Source: Antedon mediterranea
Taxonomy: Eukaryota; Animalia; Echinodermata
Direction of reading: 5' to 3'
DNA: 64,000 bases
Assembly: GCF_964355755.1 (NCBI RefSeq)
Contig: NC_092670.1
Coordinates: forward strand, 3,710,201-3,774,200
Shown here: positions 12,378 to 25,400 of the stretch, one piece after another
Layout of the letters: every line of letters starts with the position of its first letter
How positions within the stretch are numbered: the stretch's first letter is position 1
Translations under genes and position numbers: made by a program
Notes under the pieces: generated by a model
The model's input: the letters and a program-made list of their open reading frames with translations, nothing else
What the model was told of the DNA's origin: nothing
The model's database searches: none

Positions 12378-15300
12378 TAGACTAGTCCAGATAGTCATAT
12401 TTCCACTCTAATAAGATGCTGTAGGCATTTCGTGTTAAAAGCGAATAAACATGTGTTTTAGGGTAATTTTGGGGTGCTGAATTCAAATTTGCTCTTTACC
12501 CAGCTCAATTTTTAGATCTTCACCCTTAAAATGTGAAAAACAAAATGGCCGCCATTTCAGACTTATTTTGGCTTATAACTTGACTTTTAAGTGACGTAGC
12601 AAGTTAAAAATGGTGTCTATACCTATGTTTGTGATAGTGAAGATTCCAACTATATTGTTATTAAAGTTGCAAATATTCTATTTCAGCCGCCATGTTGAAA
12701 TCCAAGATGGCCGCCATTTTAAACGTATTTGGGCTTATAACTTGACTTTTAATTAACATAGCAAGTTAAAAATAGTTTCTATACCTATGTTTGTGATACT
12801 GAAGATACCAAATATATTGTTATTAAAGTTGTAAATATTCTATTTCAGCCTCCATGTTGGAGATTCAAGATGGTCGCCATTTAAAACGTATTTTGGCTTA
12901 TAACTTAACATATAAGTAACATAGTAGGTTAGAAATGATGTCTATACAGTACCTATGTTTGTGATACCGAGGATTCCAAATATATTGTTATTAAAGTTGT
13001 AAACAGCCGCCATGTTGAAATCAAAGATGGCGCCTAATTTAAACACACACACACACACAGGGTAGTAACAAAGTGCGAGGCAAACAAACAAATGAAAATG
13101 AAAAACTCACAAAGGGATTGTTCTTTATGTGTAAAATATTTTAAAACGAGATAGATGATAATGATGATCATTGTCAAGTGTTTAGAAAAATATAAAAAAA
13201 TTAATGTAAAAATGTTACTGATGACATTGGAATTAACAAAAATGTGTTAAATAATATGATTTAATGACATGAAGATAATAGGAATGTGAATAAAAGTAGT
13301 GTTTGCGCCACAAAAGAGAAAAATATATATATATACAGTATATAAACATCACAGAATAAATTCTAATCCGCTATATAATGAAATTTAATTAATTAGAAAA
13401 AAAATAAAAATGAGGAACCTGTGAGAATGAGAAAAAGTCCTCTCCGAGATTCAAACCCGGAACCTTCTGCTTGATATGCAGATCTCCTAACCATTAGACC
13501 ACTGGGGTTTTATTGTATTGTTCCAATTCGATTGTGCGAGGCAGCGAGGCACACCAAATATAAGTGTGAGGCATGCGAGGCATATAGTTTAGAATTTCAA
13601 AAAGGTGCGAGGCATATAGTTTACAATTTCAAAAAGGTGCGAGGCATTTCTTAACGTGCTATTATGCTATATTATAGGCCTAATAATCAATTATTTATAT
13701 TTTTAAAATAGGCCTAGCGTATCGAAATAGATTCGTGTATACACTCATCATTCTATGTTGTTTATTTTTATGTAACGATTGTTTTTTTCATTCAAGTCAT
13801 ATCGTGGCTGGTATAAGTTGATGTTCAAATTGTTTGTTCATAATGATAATGAAAGAGTTGGTCAAAAAGACTTCACAGAATTAATTCAATACAACAACAA
13901 CGTATTATATCAAAACATTTCTCGGAATAGAAATAGATTGTAAAATTGGTAAAAAAAACAAACATGTTAAATGTATACAAACAACAATTGATAAAGACAT
14001 CAGTATAATAATAATATATAAATTGAGAAAACTGCTAAAAAGTAGTGTATAATTTATTTTATTTATGCATTGATATTACCATATATTAATGATTGTTGTG
14101 AAATTTGGGGTAACACTTATAAAAGTACAGTACAAAATGTTTACAAAAAAAAGGTACTGTAAGTTATAAAATTATCAATAGTGTAAGATGATAGCATTTT
14201 AGCCATAGTAGTAAATGATACTGGATACCAGAGGAAGTAGAGGTTTCGTTTTGAGGTTTTTTTCATCTACAGTATTATATATAATGCCTTCAATTCAGAA
14301 TAAGGAAATAGAATTAACTAGCTTCACGGCCAAAATGCCGTGGAATGCGTCAATTTCTCATGCATTTATTGGTGAAAAACACGTTTAATCTCAATATTTT
14401 GTTAATTTGTCAATAAAAATGCTGTAATATGTTACTGCTGATACTGTTCTGTTTTCAAAGAATAATAATCGATCCTAAATTTTGGGAAATGATAAAATGA
14501 TGCCTCGCATTTTTTGATGATGGTAAAACGATGCCTCGCATAAGTGAGCATCTTCATCTGCAATCAAAGTTGCTATTTCATTGCCAGAATTTTACCTGTT
14601 TGGTGACCAAGTCAACAACTTTTTTGGCTTATATTATAATGCTGTTTCCAAGATTCATCGAGCATAATTAAGGACATTATGTTGTGCCAACAAGGATGAA
14701 GAACCATTAGTTAAAGATACTGCATATCAACGGTATTCTAAGGGTTTGGGTAATTTTCTAACTTGCCATCACTACCGGTGACCGGTAAACAAGCTTTGTT
14801 CTTATGTCATCCACACCAGCATTTGTTATAAATCTTTATGAATTTGAAATAATTTGAAATGGTGAATAAATTGATAATTGGTACTTAATTACAGTATTTA
14901 AATTTCTACAACAAGCAGTATTTAACTTCCTTGGCAAACAATTTCAGGAAATGGAATCGAAACTTTGAATGCAGATGGAGCATTAAATCTATTAGGTGCC
15001 TACTATTACTTTGCCATCATTAAAAAAAATATTTTAAGACAGAAGCAGCAATATAGTGGAAAAATCTGTAGTTAAAGAAAACACTGGGGAGCAAATGGCA
15101 ACATCTTCAATGGCCGCATTTCAAATGAGAAACGATCTGTACTTGCAAAGAAACAAAGATATGAATTATGAATGAATTCGAAACATGCATCTTTTGTTCA
15201 GTCCAAAATTAACAAGACATCTGATTAATAATAATTAATAGTAGGCTAATTCACTTACAGTAGGTGGTCTATAAGTAAAACCAACCGTTAAGGAGATAAT

Positions 15301-16198
15301 ATATAGGGCTTCAAAATGGTAAGTGGCGGCCATTTTTATTTATGCTAATGAACCCACTTCACGATGTTCAATTTTGGTAAACTTTGGATATGATGTTAAT
15401 TTGGACCATATCAACCAGACAAAACAAAAACAAATTATGTTGCAATTTGTTCTAGGTTCAACCATACTTTTAATGGACTATAGGTAGAAACCATTTTTAA
15501 CTTGCTATGTTAATTAAAAGTCAAGTTATAAGCCAAAATACGTTTAAAATGATGGCGGCCATCTTGGATTTCAACATGGCGGCTGAAATAGAATATTTAC
15601 AACTTTAATAACAATATATTTGGAATCCTCAGTATCACAAACATAGGTACTGTATAGACATCATTTCTAACCTACTATGTTACTTATAGGCCTATGTCAA
15701 GTTATAAGCCAAAATACGTTTTAAATGGCGACCATCTTGAATTCCAACATGGAGGCTGAAATAGAATATTTACAACTTTAATAACAATATATTTAGAATC
15801 CTCAGTATCACAAACATGGGTATAGAAACTATTTTTAACTTGCTATGTTAATTAAAAGTCAAAGTTATAAGCCAAAACACATCTTGGATTTCAACATGGC
15901 GGCTGAAATAGAATATTTTCAACTTTAATAACAATATAGTTGGAATCTTCACTATCACAAACATAGGTATAGACACCATTTTTAACTTGCTACGTCACTT
16001 AAAAGTCAAGTTATAAGCCAAAATAAGTCTGAAATGGCGGCCATTTTGTTTTTCACATTTTAAGGGTGAAGATCTAAAAATTGAGCCGGGTAAACAGCAA
16101 ATTTGAATTCAGGACCCCAAAATTACCCTAAAACACATGTTTATTCGCTTTTAACATGAAATGCCTACAGCATTTCATTTTTCTCATGGACTAGTCTA
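12378..16198. mobile_element. Non-autonomous long-TIR DNA transposon (Academ-like, inferred), 3.8 kb, with composite interior
   Basis: Termini TAGACTAGTCCA...TGGACTAGTCTA flanked by an ATA 3-bp duplication (12375-12377 / 16199-16201). Arms ~12378-13043 and ~15481-16198 are near-perfect inverted copies built of ~162-bp subrepeats containing CAAGATGGC(C/G)GCC. The superfamily name rests on the TAG termini and short TSD only. Confidence 0.85.
13430..13507 (-). mobile_element. tRNA-derived SINE head / tRNA-like fragment inside the transposon
   Basis: Minus strand reads CCCCAGTGGTCTAATGGTTAGG...GGTTCCGGGTTTGAATCTCGG, i.e. A-box and B-box-like motifs at tRNA spacing. No clean cloverleaf. Confidence 0.55.
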
Positions 16199-16624
16199 AT
16201 ATGGAAACTACAAAAAAAATGTGTTCTTAATTACTTGTAATTCTGTTTGCTCATTGATCTGGAAAATTCTACCAATTTTTCTTTATAAATTCTGAAAAAA
16301 AGGTGATTATTAAAAAATGATACATTATTACGTAATACAATAAAAAATGAAATAAATAATTGATATGCCTACAGTAGTTACTAAATTTTGGATATGAGAA
16401 TTAGCACCATGTCAATTTAACACTAATTTTAGAGGTTTTATGGTATAATTAAATGAGTGATGATAGCAAATGGACGAAACTATTACCTCACTGAGCTGCT
16501 TATTAAAACTGCTGTTTGAAATCTTAGCTGAAGAAAATTGTTTTTAGCAGTTGCACAAGTGACAATTGATACAGTCAATTAAGGGCCAGTCAGTAAGGAA
16601 GGGCCAGTCAGTAAGGAAAGACCA

Positions 16625-16840
16625 GTCCTGTGTTCATTCTGAACGTGGGAGAATTACTGTGTTAGGAGCTCATTGTACTTAGCCTCTGCATTATTTGGTA
16701 CGGTGACCCATTCCTTTTCACGCCAACTTATCCTTCATAGTATTTGTTAACCAGGTACTTATAGTGGCCTGAGAGTTTTTCTTAAAAGGAATTAAACCCT
16801 GGTCTCTGTATGATAGTCAAATATCTAACCACCAGCTACT
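16625..16840 (-). mobile_element. Degraded copy of the tRNA-derived SINE family also at ~39493 and ~42180
   Basis: Shares gttaggagctcattgtact..agcctc..cattat.tggta.ggt..cc..ttccttt.cacgcc..aaccaggtact with 39493-39712. Confidence 0.7.
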
Positions 16841-19415
16841 ACAACCCCAACAACAAAGCAGATAAAGGAAAAACTGTTTCTTGTATCCTCCGCTTTTATT
16901 GACACCATCATCATCCTACATAGTACTCTTTGTTGTCAGTCAGTCAGTGGTAAGTATAATAGTAACTGTGCATTTTTAAAAATAAATTATATTAATCTAA
17001 ACTAAATAAATATATTATCTATTATTCATAATTCTAAGTACCTTTATTGATTTTAGCTGTTTAGTGTGATGCTTTTAAGATGCTCCAAACAAACTTAATT
17101 TGAGTTGCTAATTTTAGAAATAGAAAATTATAGTGTAATTTTATAAAATATTAAAAAATGTTGCCACAATAACCAAATTATAGTAAAATCTCATTCTTTA
17201 GCTGCCGAGTGCCATTATAAAATGGTCATTTATCCAGCCAATAGGATGTTCTCTGATCAAGCATAAAAACAATGAAAAAAAAAACTACATAGAATCTTAT
17301 ATTATATACAAACAAAGCACAGTACATTCATTCGGGAAACAATGTGAATACAAGGGTACTTGACGTATTGAAAGGAAGCTTACATAGTGTGGCAAGTAGT
17401 TGAGTTACCATTTTTTTCTTGGGCCTCTATCTTACTTTGGAATTCTTTGCCTATTTGTCTGACCATTTATTGTTTCTTTTAAGGCAACTTTAAAACATGG
17501 CTTTTAACTTGCATTTTCCTTACATTTTCTGGCATATTAGTTTGTTATTAAGTGCATTGAAGCAGCAGCATAATACACTATATAAGCCTAAATTATTATT
17601 AACTCATTTTGCTAGTAGTATTTTTGTACTTTTTATTTCTAAAAATTAATACAAAATTTGAAAATCTGTGTTTAATGTTAATAATCCAACATGTGACTAT
17701 AACTAATACACACAGGAAGGCTATGCGATTTCCTACAAATATCCAACTAAAGCCAAATTTAAGATTTTGAATATTTGACCTTTGACATTTGTGTATACAA
17801 TAGTTTCAATGTAATTGTGAAACATCAGTTGTCTATATAAACAAAATTATCTGTAACAATAGGGTATATAGCCATAATGACAAATAGCCATAATATTGCA
17901 CAATCTCAGATGTATATAATGGACTCAAACAATGATGAATTTTAGACAATAGCTAAATTCATAAGACAACATTTCATATCCACTCATATTACTTTAGTGT
18001 GTATAGAATCTACATAAAAGCATAATAGATTTAGTGGCCTGGGATCATTGTATGCAAGATATAGTACAAATCGATGGTGCAAACGCCACATTTCCGGCTA
18101 TCATAGAAATTGATCAACATGAAAAAGGGAGCTTACGATGTGGTGGTGACCTCAAGCAGATCACCACAAAAAAATTCACACAAATTGAAATCAACGTTCC
18201 AAAGACAAATGACATAACACATATGTCAGTTGTTATTGTAGTCCATAGCATCCATCCAAAACAATATATGTTAACTATTTCACTAACATAACAATAAATT
18301 AATTTTACTACATTTTATAAATCATACAATTTATGGTGCAAAAGTGAATAGCTAATTGAAAAAATATATATCAAATATTCAAGAAATCATATCATACAAT
18401 AATTGCATCTTTTTTTTGTTCAGAAATATATACAATCTAATAATTATATTGGCAGATTCTTTCAAATTAGTGTTAGACCTCCGAGCACCAAATCTAAATA
18501 TATACATAAAATTACTCAAAACTGCTCTGAAGTGTATTACAATATTAGTGTATTCCAACACTCTATTCAGTAAAATATTGCATTTCATAACGATTAGGCT
18601 ACGTTCAGACCATTAGCATCATTGTAGTTTGAACTAAGTCATGGATTAACTTAAGCCACCAATAAAGCCAACTGGTCTGGATTTAAATTAAAGCAAGCTG
18701 AAAGACTAGAGGTCTGCTGCTCCTATTAAATAGGGCAACGATTGGGACATAGTAGGTAATTTCTGATTCTATACTCAAGGAGTACACCAGTGTATGCTGC
18801 ATAAAAACCAGCCTGTATTGTGATAGCGACTGTGACTACCCCAAATTCTGATTTTGTGGTGCAACAGAGACTGGTTGATGATACACTAGGCCACATAGTA
18901 TTTGGCGAGGGATACTATCAACACTAGTATTATCATCTATGCTTTTGGTCCAAACAGTATCTATGCCTAAATCTGAAGTCTTATGCGAGTGAATTATTTA
19001 ACAAACTTTGTCTCTACTGTAATTTCTGTTCTCCACTCTGTGTACATTTAAAATGAGTGAAATAAATTAAGTTGATTTGTTCAAGGTACACTTATTAGTC
19101 TCAACGTTGCCTTAAACACACTGCCACATTGTTATATTTGCATTGTTAGCATTGTACCTAATAAACAAAAGGTGTATTAAAACAAAATTTAAGCTAATTT
19201 CAGTTACAAAAGAATTGCCGTAAAAAGCACATTGCATTTGAAAGCCTTCTATTCCAAGGCTGTGGGTCAGATTAATTTCTTATAGCCAAAATTTGTCTAA
19301 ATTTTCACTTTTTGAGATACGGAATACGAGTATTATGGGCCACTATATTAATTACTATATTTTTGGCAGATTGCCATATCATTTTTGCTTTGGGAAACTA
19401 TCATATCTATCTTGG

Positions 19416-22400
19416 TCAAGATGCGGTAGCGCCGTTACCAGGCCGAATTATATGAAACTTGTTTTGAATAACCTCCGCTTGAATGGAGGCGGTACCTCTC
19501 TCCAATGCCTCTCCATCGATCGTCAAAATGCCACGATCGGGTTCTAGGGACTCCAAACGAAACGCCTCAGCAAACACCGTCCGCAAAACATCTGATTGCG
19601 TATGGGATGCATCATCGAATCCGAGTAATAGGGCAGCGATGGATTTTCGTGAAAGCGGTGCCATCACATACTGAATGCAAATAACGCCCTCGTCGGATTT
19701 ACGACCAGGCCACATGTACGCATCTTGGCTAATATGTGAAGTGTATACTGCACAGAATCCAATGAATTCTCCTTCTACAGAAACCCAGTTGTCAGGAACT
19801 GGCTGGTCAATCGGGCTTAAAAGCGTTCCATCACTTTCATTGTCGGGTGAAAACTGACTTGTAACATCGTTTGTCTTGTCTTTTACAGAATTCTTAGTAC
19901 CATTAACATGTTGTGTTTCATCTTCCTTTATTTGAGCAAGATCACAAAGTGAGTCGCTTGCGTACTGGTTTGGAAGTGATGAAGGGAATGAGGGCGCCAT
20001 TGATATAGACTTGTTCAACGGCCTAACGCCAATAAGTTGAGGGTCAGTTGATTCCAGACTCGGTAGGCTCTTACTACTCCGCAAACTTGTTTGGCGGAAA
20101 TCGTTTTCAACTTGTTGTAAAGGAATACGAAAATGTTCTTTATAGCGTGTGGTATCTTTCACCGGTAGGTATGACAAACGTCCTTTATAGCGCCGTAAAC
20201 GTATAGTGCGAATAATAGCACTAAGCAGAAATCGTATCGGACCCCATGAACGCAGACGCTCGCTCTCTATATCGATGTCAGAGATCATAGCCCATGAGAT
20301 ACAGAGAAATGAGTAAGAGCTAACAGTTGGAGTTTGAACTTTGACCAGGTCCATTGGTTGGGAGCCGCCTTTCGCGATAGTAAAAGCTGAATGAAGAATG
20401 GCATTTTTTCTGTAAGAATCTCTGAAAATACAAAACAAATAATAATTTTATTAATTAGACTGACTTGGTATACATTTGATAAACATACAAATTTATATTC
20501 AATATATACTTATGAAGGACTTGCGAATTTACTAATATTATTAGACTTATTGGATGTAAAAACCATGACTTAAGCCTTGTCTACACTATCAAACTTTATG
20601 TGACTAAAAAATGTGATGTTCCCATATATGGACATGATGATGTCATATACTACCATATTTGGGCATATCACTACCATACATTGCCATTTCTTTTGTCAAA
20701 CTAGTTCGATAGTGTAGACAGAGATTAATGGAAGAATGGTATTTTTTTCTATACAGAACATTCAAAATTTGTTGAAGTTTTGAGGCGTGGTCGCTGGGAT
20801 ATTATAAATCTAACTTTGAGGGTTAGTAAGGCATTACCGTTCTGCTGAAAGTACGCATGCTGTGAGTGCGTTTCCTGAACCGCCTGGCACAATGCCAATA
20901 GGTATCTTGAGCGCGTCTTGACGATCATTCCGGGCCATTAGACCATTTAACACCTGAAACCGAAGCACAATTGAGAATAAACAATGGCAAAATATTTTTA
21001 CTTTTACTTTTGGTTTCAACAATGAGGATAAAGTAAAGAAAGCAATTTGCCAATAATTGTTTAAAATTGTTACACCATAATATCTAAAGTATTCGCTAAT
21101 GTGGTCAAAGTTTAAGTATCGCTTTAGGAAAAATTCATATTATATCATATATTTTTTAATGTCTTATTATGCAACTACTGTACTGTAATTATGGAGCAAA
21201 CAGGTCAAAGTTGAATATAAAAAAAAACATTGACTTCATAGGAATCAAAATGATTTTAGTGCAGTAACTACATTTTTGTTTTACAGTAATGCATGATTTT
21301 AGTTTTAATGACCTGTAGTTTATGAGTCAGTCAGTCACTGCAGTAACAAGTGTGTAATTATCCAAAAAAGCTTGCTAAATAGTTGCATAAACAGGTTAAA
21401 GAATGTATACAGTGAGTTTAAATCAATATGTTGTACTTATACACAGAACAACAAATTTACTCTAACAATAAGGTAAGGTAAAGATAATGTGTAGATAAGG
21501 CAACCACATACTGTAGGGTATACTAATGCAGTTCAAAGAAAGTCAAATTATTATGATTTATTAGTACAGTACTAATACTATGATTTATCTCTTAAAGCTA
21601 AAAAAGATGTTTGTTGTGATTGTCAATGCTATTTTTAAAGGACCCCATTAAGTTGATGACATTATGGGCTATAATTGGTTTCTAATTTAATGTATTTGTA
21701 TGGTCAGATGTTTTGCCCTACTCTGACGTAATTTGTACTTTACACTAAGTACATTGAGAATACATGTAAAAAAAATATGCAAGTCATTTTCGGGTGGAAC
21801 TTGAACCCACGACCTTCAGATCACTAGTCTGGCATTCATACCTCTAGACCACCATGCTTGAGCTGATGGCTAGGGGTTAGATTTGAGCCTAAAAGCAGCG
21901 GGTACTGCACCAACAGGAATGTATAGACCATTATGCTTGAGCTGATGGCTAGGGGTTAGATTTGAGCCTAAAAGCAGCGGGTACTGCACCAACAGGAATG
22001 TATAGACCACCATGCTTGAGCTGATGGCTAGGGGTTAGATTTGAGCCTAAAAGCAGCGGGTACTGCACCAACAGGAATGTATAGACCACCATGCTTGAGC
22101 TGATGGCTAGGGGTTAGATTTGAGCCTAAAAGCAGCGGGTACTGCACCAACAGGAATGTATAGACCACCATGCTTGAGCTGATGGCTAGGGGTTAGATTT
22201 GAGCCTAAAAGCAGCGGGTACTGCACCAACAGGAATGTATAGACCACCATGCTTGAGCTGATGGCTAGGGGTTAGATTTGAGCCTAAAAGCAGCGGGTAC
22301 TGCACCAACAGGAATGTATAGACCACCATGCTTGAGCTGATGGCTAGGGGTTAGATTTGAGCCTAAAAGCAGCGGGTACTGCACCAACAGGAATGTATTT

Positions 22401-25400
22401 GCTTGTAAATTTTTTGTGTTCATATTGTCTTGTAATCTTATGTTGAAACCGAATAAAATCAAATCAAAAGATGTTGCTCTTGAATACAATTATAACTGAA
22501 GGATATAATTAATCATGTCTACAATTAAAGTAAGCAGGAATAATTCCTCCATAATATAGTATACCTTTCTTTTGTTTAACTTATGCTCATGGTCAAAAGC
22601 ACCAGTCATTATATAAAATACTTTGAAGTTTAATGAAGCGTAAATACTAAATAAATTATCTGTCTGCATATTTTCAAAACAATGACGATATGGATGACTG
22701 GATCTCAACCGAAAATAAATAAGCAAACATAACAGATAGTAAATAGAGAGATGCACGCCTGAAAATGCTATTCCAAGTGTAGTGTAGGTGCATTCTAGAA
22801 TGTTATGGGCTTATAACTGGGACTGCGAGTGGACTACAATCTGGGCTTATAACTGGGACTTGGAGTTAACTACAATCTAGGCTTATAACTGGGACTGAGA
22901 GTCGACTAAAATCTGGGCTTATTTATTTTATTTTCTTTTATTTTATTTCTTCAAAACCAACAGCAATGAAAGTTGCCACTTAAAGGTATGAAACATAAAA
23001 CAGATACAATGAATACTCTATATACCTGGGACTGGGAGTGGACTACAATTTGGGCTTAAACAAGTATGGCAAGTGAAATAAGGATATTTACCTCATAAAC
23101 CAGACCATCTCCTGATATGATGACAATACCATTATATGGTTTCAAATCTTCTGTTTGAACAAAGTCTCGTGCGTGAAATTGACGCTCTAGAATGAAAAAT
23201 TAATAAACATTTTATAAAATTCAATTCAACACATCATCATACAACATCACAGAAGCATTTTCAAGTTCATTTTTCTCGTCATAAGGCCTAAAAGGTATTG
23301 GCCTTTGTTCATGTGACATCCAACTTAATCAATCTTTCACTATACCTGTGATAATTAGGTTGGTCTCTATGTCTGCTTCGTTGAATAAAGGCTCAACTTT
23401 GTTACGGAATATGAGCTCTGCACGGCGCGTACCACTGAATGGGTTCACAAACACAAGCATCTTACGTCGCAGGGGAACCGACAGATTATCGACATCTAAA
23501 AAAACAATTTTAACTATTTATTATTATTTATCTAAACAAAAAGATCAAACAAGTGTAAAACACTTATGCTAATTGGTTTTATTTTAAATTAACCCAAAAC
23601 ATTAAAACATTAAAATCTACAATACAACATACGAACTGCAAATAATTTTATATACTGCTGTGTATTGTGTTGTGTCATAATTAATTAATTATTGATAAAC
23701 AACAACAAACAATGTTAAACATGAAGAAAAACCCCAATTCAACAACAGAAAAACAACACTCTTTATAATTACAATGAAAGGAGGCCATGTTTATATGTGT
23801 AGATGTAAATAAATGGGAAGAACTGCTGAGCTCACAATGTAATTTCTTTTCTTCTGAGAAGGAAATCGTTGTTGTGTTTTGAATTGCCTGAATTACATCC
23901 TACGATATTAAGCATACAATTGTGATGGTGCCTAATCCCCCAACACAGATGCTTTACTATGAACTGCTACTAAATATTGAAAATATTGGCATTCGTCCAG
24001 AAAGCTTGTTGTCATTTTGCCCATGGACACGGTTTACTGTACAAGCACACTGCATTAAATATCTTATTATTGTACAAGCCTTCAAAGGGTATGAAGCCGG
24101 ATACGATAGAAATATGTCCATTGTTAAATTAAAATGTAAATTGTAAACAAATATTAGCTTCAGCACCAAGCTGAATATTTACTTATTATTTATTTTTTTT
24201 GGACAAATATTTATTTTAAAAATGTTGCAAAACTGCCTAATGAGAAGAATGGAGGAAAAGACCCTAGATTTAAGATAAAGGATGATTTGAAGAATACAGT
24301 TAGGCAAGACTATGTCGGTATGGATGCTCTAAAATATTCACAATATATTCTTTAAAATAGCTGTGTCTAAAGGTATTTTGTCTTTAAATACAATATAAAA
24401 TTGAATTATATATAAATTTATAATATTATTAAGTACTATTAATGTTTGAAAAAATTGCTCATTGTATGATGATCTATATTATAGGTTGACTGCTAAGACA
24501 GTGAGAAGACTGCAAGGTGTGAGAAAACTGCAAAATGTAAAATTATTTTCAGGTTTTGATCATAAATCATATAAATAATTTGAAAAATCAAATTTTAAAT
24601 GATCATTCCTTCTATGTACTACTAAAACAATGATGTCATCAGACCACATGACGTCAAATAATTCACAGGTTTTGATTATAAATCATAAATATTTAAAAGA
24701 TTAATTTGCAAAATTTGAAATGATCCTATTTCTTATTACTACTAAAAAATGATGTCATCAGACCACATGACGTTATTCAAATGTCATTCGCACAAGTCAC
24801 ATGATACAAACACTCACACTGCATCAACCAGCATCTGTGTGAATATTTTGACATTTTGATTCACAAATATAAACCAGTGTAAAGGTAATTTACTTATGTA
24901 ATTAATATTAATGACTATAATTAATCCCTCTATGCATAATGACAGGGTACTATGTTTGTATAATACTTATATACAGAATAATCTATTATTAATAGCTATA
25001 AGTATGAACAACAATTTACGAAATTATGATAATTTTATGGTAATAAAAAGCAATACATTTCTTTGCTTCCTTTTAAAATTATAATTTGTATACTTTTAGT
25101 ATAATTACAATTAAACTGGTAGTAGGTCTACATATTTGTAATTTGAATTGGTCTAATGTTTGCCCTACTCTAACATAATTAATTTGTATTTAATTCTAAA
25201 GATAAAAAAGAACAACGTATTGTCAACATTTTAAAACAGTCATTCCCGAAAACTGAACAGTTTTAGGCTGGCTTGAACAAGTCTGGTTTAATTTAGTCTC
25301 TTTCTTAACATTTATGGCATGTTAATAACATTTAGTTTGTAAGACTAAATTAATAATTTTTGAAAGTTAATTAATAATAATGTAATTAAAATACATAAAG

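Noticed and set aside
14900-15075. Transposase remnant (..ALNLLGAYYYF..) inside the long-TIR element
   Set aside because: Short, interrupted frame; resemblance too weak to support without a search.
21845-22397. CRISPR-like array
   Set aside because: Units are contiguous and near-identical with no unique spacers; eukaryotic intron; no cas genes.
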